This document shows positions 60,901-64,000 of a stretch of DNA of 64,000 nucleotides, in pieces. Made by a program: the position numbers and the translations under genes. The notes beneath the pieces were generated by a model. It had not been told where the DNA came from. It saw only the letters and a list, made by a program, of their open reading frames with translations, and did not search any database. The stretch lies in contig CAVPCQ010000029.1 in assembly GCA_963702425.1 (NCBI GenBank), forward strand, positions 20,593 to 84,592. The letters run 5' to 3'. Origin of the DNA: an uncultured Acidobacteriota bacterium (lineage in GTDB: Bacteria > Acidobacteriota > Polarisedimenticolia > J045). Positions within the stretch are counted from its first letter, which is position 1. Each line of letters opens with the position of its first letter.

Positions 60901-61354
60901 GTGCTATTGACATGCGCACTCGCGTCGTGTGGGGCGGCCTCTCAGGGAACGCCGCCCACAATGCCGGAACCTCCCAGCAGAGACCTCAAAGCGAGTTTTC
61001 CCGATTGCCCTGAAGGCCAGGACGCAGTGAACCTGCAAGTGCTTAAGCGATGCAAGGGAGACCTTGAGGCATATCGTATCGGGGTACTCGAGCCATACAA
61101 TGCCTCTGTGGCCGTGTACAGCCAAAGACTTACAGAGCTTGATGCGAGGCTGCGTACCGATGCCGGCGCTGGCAGAAGTTCTTGGGAATCCTATGAAGTA
61201 TGGAAAAGAAGATTCAGGCTGCGCTTGACAGCGCCAAGATAGGGGGCCAGTTGATGGCCCCGTACCAGGAGTGGTTTGAGAGGTACAGGCAGCGAATCAG
61301 ATTCGTGATTGGCGAGATTAATCTTTGCGAAACAGATCCGAGGCGGCCATGCTA
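60901..61354 (+). CDS. Hypothetical lipoprotein-like protein (probable frameshift near 61215)
   Basis: VLLTCALASC lipobox-like start in ORF 60733..61242; plausible continuation in another frame; no family recognised. Confidence 0.3.
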
Positions 61355-61722
61355 GAGCAAGCGGTCATCGGTTCCTTGGCGGACTCGAAAGTATTCTCTG
61401 CGATTCCGCGTGCGGTGGAGGCTGCGGCGCTCGCTTTGGTGTTCTTGGTTCCGCCGCTCACGTTCCTGTTTGTGTCAACACTGGGAGCGGCTTTCCTTGG
61501 CGGCAGGAATGTTCCAGATATTCCCCGCAGCAGAGTGTCAGGTTACCTACTCGGGTTTGCCGTATTCGGCTCGCGTTTGGGTCGTTGGCCGGGTGGCCCG
61601 CGGACCCTCTCCTAGAAGCTCCTCTCTCCGTTCCTCGCGTTGTTTACGGCGTTCACCACGTATCTGACGAACAAGGAGACGCCACGGGAGCTGAAGGTAT
61701 TGGTTCCCTATTCAGTTGTTGA
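61349..61722 (+). CDS. Hypothetical membrane protein, probably frameshifted
   Basis: Hydrophobic segments in ORF 61325..61615; boundaries uncertain. Confidence 0.25.
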
Positions 61723-62159
61723 TTTCCCCTCCTATGCGTGCTATTTACGTTCTTTTACATGCGCTTCTACTGAGCAGGTGTGGTAGGCCACGCGCGCCGG
61801 GGGCAGACCAGGTCCGTTGATGCAGCAGGTGTGTAGACGGCCACCGATCTTGCACCGCGCCTGGGCGCGGCTTTCGGCATCGAGAGGGTTGTTGCAACGC
61901 TCACTCAGTGCGGCGAAGTCGGACCGAGCGTGAGCACCGGGACGGAGATTGCTCGTCGAGCGACCGGCTGGGCGGCACCAGCGCAGACGGCGGCCTCGGC
62001 CGAAACAGAACTGCACATGTCGCCGTCACGCCGCGCGAGTCAGCGCGACGACGGGAAGGTGCGCTCGAGCTCCGAGGAATCGAACCACTTGCGTACAGCT
62101 CAGGCCCAGCTGACCACGGAGCCCGGCCCCGGCACTTCGAGAGGCCGAGTGAGTGCCTA

Positions 62160-62742
62160 TCAGCAGTTGAGGGCCCTCACGCCGCGCTGGAGATCGTCGT
62201 CCGACGGGTGCGTATAGACGATCTCGTCAGGGGCGACGCATGCCGTGCGAAGCGCTGCGCGAGGAAGAGGTTGCGTGACGCGCGATAGATGCTCGTGACG
62301 GCGGTGTGTCGAAGCAGTGGAACGAGTAGTGTCGGTCGAAGCCCGCCACGGCCTGCCAGGGGAACCACGCTGTCTGGACCCGGCGTTGGCAATCCGGCGC
62401 CGAGATGGAAGCAGAACACCGGCGCGTCGGGCGCCAGGTTCTCGGTACGCTGGCGCTTGTGGGCCCAGAGCCGCCGCAGCTTCGGCAGGAGCTTCTCCGG
62501 CAGGAAGACATCGGCCGCCCGACGGCCCTTCGCAATAGCGGCGCGGACATGGATTCGGGGCCTCGGCTTGCCGTCCGGCGTAAAGACATCGCCCACATTC
62601 GAGGCCGACGATCTCGGCGAGGCGGAGACCGGTACCCAGCGCGATCGAGATGATGGCGTGGTCGCGGGGGTGGTCTCGCGTGGTCCGCAGGATGGCCTTC
62701 TGCTCGGCCGGCAGTCAGGGTCGGAGGGCAGAGGTAGGGCAT
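62160..62742 (-). pseudogene. Short tyrosine recombinase (catalytic domain only), frameshifted
   Basis: Across frames: RDHAII..GTGLRLAE, AKG, SFH.LRHT, AQRFARH, YTH: R-K-HxxR-H-Y catalytic set. Confidence 0.8.
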
Positions 62743-62749
62743 GGCGTCC

Positions 62750-63149
62750 TCCGAGGGCCGGAGATGAGCCCAAAGGCGACGCTGGGCGCTCCAGTCCGGC
62801 TCCGCGACGAGGGGGCGCAGGGCCCGCTCCGGGAGCGGGTCGCGGCCTCGCCTGAATGGCGGGAGCGAGAGGATCGCTTCCTGGATGTCCGGGGCGAGGA
62901 GAAGCAGGCCGAGGATCTGAGTGACGCGGGGCCGGGTAAGGCCAGCCTGCCGGGCGACCGTCGCGAGGTCCGGCAGTTCGCCGTCCCGCAGCCTCCGGTT
63001 GATCTCGTGAGCGAACGCGAGCTGGACCACGACGCGGGGCAGGCGCCCGGGAAATGTCCCCGGTGGCGCAGGGGCGTTGGCACTGTGCCTGTCGCGGCCG
63101 AACGCGACCCTGCGGATCGTGGTCGGCCCCGGCGCGCTCCGTGCCTCAC
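62750..63149 (-). CDS. Small HTH-like accessory protein downstream of serine recombinase (frameshifted ends)
   Basis: LATVARQAGLTRPRVTQILGLLLLAPDIQEAIL helix-turn-helix-like segment. Confidence 0.65.
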
Positions 63150-64000
63150 GAGGCCTCCTCGGTCGCGACCTCGGTCGCCAGATGCGCCAGGCCCACGAGG
63201 CGGTAGCTGATGCGCATCGATCCGTCACGGCCGTCGTAGTCGATCCGCTCGATCAGCATCCGGATGACGCGCTCCCGCTCCGGGACGGTGAGGACCTTCC
63301 ACAAGGGGAGGGACTCCACGAGAGCGCGGCGGAGGTCGGACTCGTCGATCTCCTGGGCCTCCACGACAGCGAGGCTCCGCCGGATCTCCGTCAGCCGCCG
63401 CTCGGAGGAGATCCGACGCTGCTCCCGCTCCTCGATCCCGGCAGTCACGGCGGCGGTGGCGGCCGTCGCGCTCGCCAACTGACCGACCAGACCTGCGGGC
63501 TCGCGGCGGAGGGCCGCGAGGTCCCTCTCCAGGCGACTGAGCTTCTGCGGCCAGCGCCCGACGCTCGGCCCGAGCCTGCGCGATCACCTGCCGGAAGGTC
63601 TCGCGCCGAAGGCCCGGTCGCCCCGATTGCGGCGATCCGCTCGACGACGAACTCCTCGATCTCGCCTGCCGGGATCGAGCGCGTCGGGCACGCCGACCGA
63701 CCCAGCTTCTGGGCGTGGGTGCAGGTGTAGTAGCGGATCGCGCCCGGCCTTCCGGGTTCAGCGGTGAACCATCGCGGCGTCGCAGGCCGCGCAGCGCAGC
63801 AGCTCACGCAGGAGGGCGCCGGTCTGGTTGCGATGCGTGGCGCCCGAGGTCCGGCGATTCTCGGCCAGGATCCGCTGTGCCTCCTGGAACAGCGCCTTCG
63901 GGACGATGCCTTCGTGCTCGCCGCGAAGGTCTCGCCCCGCAGTTTCTGGAGGCCGGCGTAGATTGGGTCGGAGACGGCCTGGCGGACGCTCGCCTTGTCC
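63146..64000 (-). pseudogene. Large serine recombinase, C-terminal part (frameshifted; N-terminus outside window)
   Basis: DPIYAG recombinase-domain motif, zinc-ribbon-like YYTC..C..RSIPAGEIEEFV, coiled coil, LIERIDYDG. Confidence 0.75.

Larger units (their letters stand above)
53863..64000. mobile_element. Putative genomic island / integrative element adjacent to tRNA-Asn; right boundary outside window
   Basis: Visibly lower GC and weaker GC3 bias than flank, accessory cargo, tyrosine and serine recombinase genes; att repeat not found in window. Confidence 0.6.

Noticed and set aside
53863-64000. Prophage, or att direct repeat of the tRNA-Asn 3' end
   Set aside because: No phage structural genes recognised and no repeat copy found by eye within the window

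Overview
High-GC bacterial chromosomal window; gene content suggests Acidobacteriota or a similar diderm (inference only). Left to right: a hydroxyproline catabolism operon (epimerase, three-subunit D-hydroxyproline-dehydrogenase-like genes, start of a DapA-family gene), GT4, methyltransferase, truncated sulfatase, cstA, fpr, a desaturase followed by a palindromic MITE-like element, nadA-ygfZ, apaG, a secreted PQQ-type dehydrogenase, and an apbE-porin-FMN-binding-membrane protein-ccs cluster with two palindromic operator boxes. Next is a 14-kb locus with four PEP-synthase/PPDK-N-like paralogues, a metallophosphoesterase, an intact gdhA and a GDH paralogue lacking the catalytic Lys. Then DPP-IV, thioredoxin-NHL, tRNA-Glu, amidase-GerMN-murI, an inverted ECF/anti-sigma/TonB cassette, rph, an rdgB with a long repeat extension, a candidate sRNA, tRNA-Asn and an island-like region (secreted proteins, fragmented UvrD helicase, tyrosine and serine recombinases). 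The best novelty candidates are (1) the GDH-associated dikinase-like/nucleotidyltransferase/phosphoesterase/pseudo-GDH locus and (2) a shared ~90-100 aa C-terminal domain ending in CP-stop on three unrelated secreted proteins. Several single-base frameshifts, including one in murI, suggest sequencing/consensus errors. All calls come from manual motif reading; no database searches were run.
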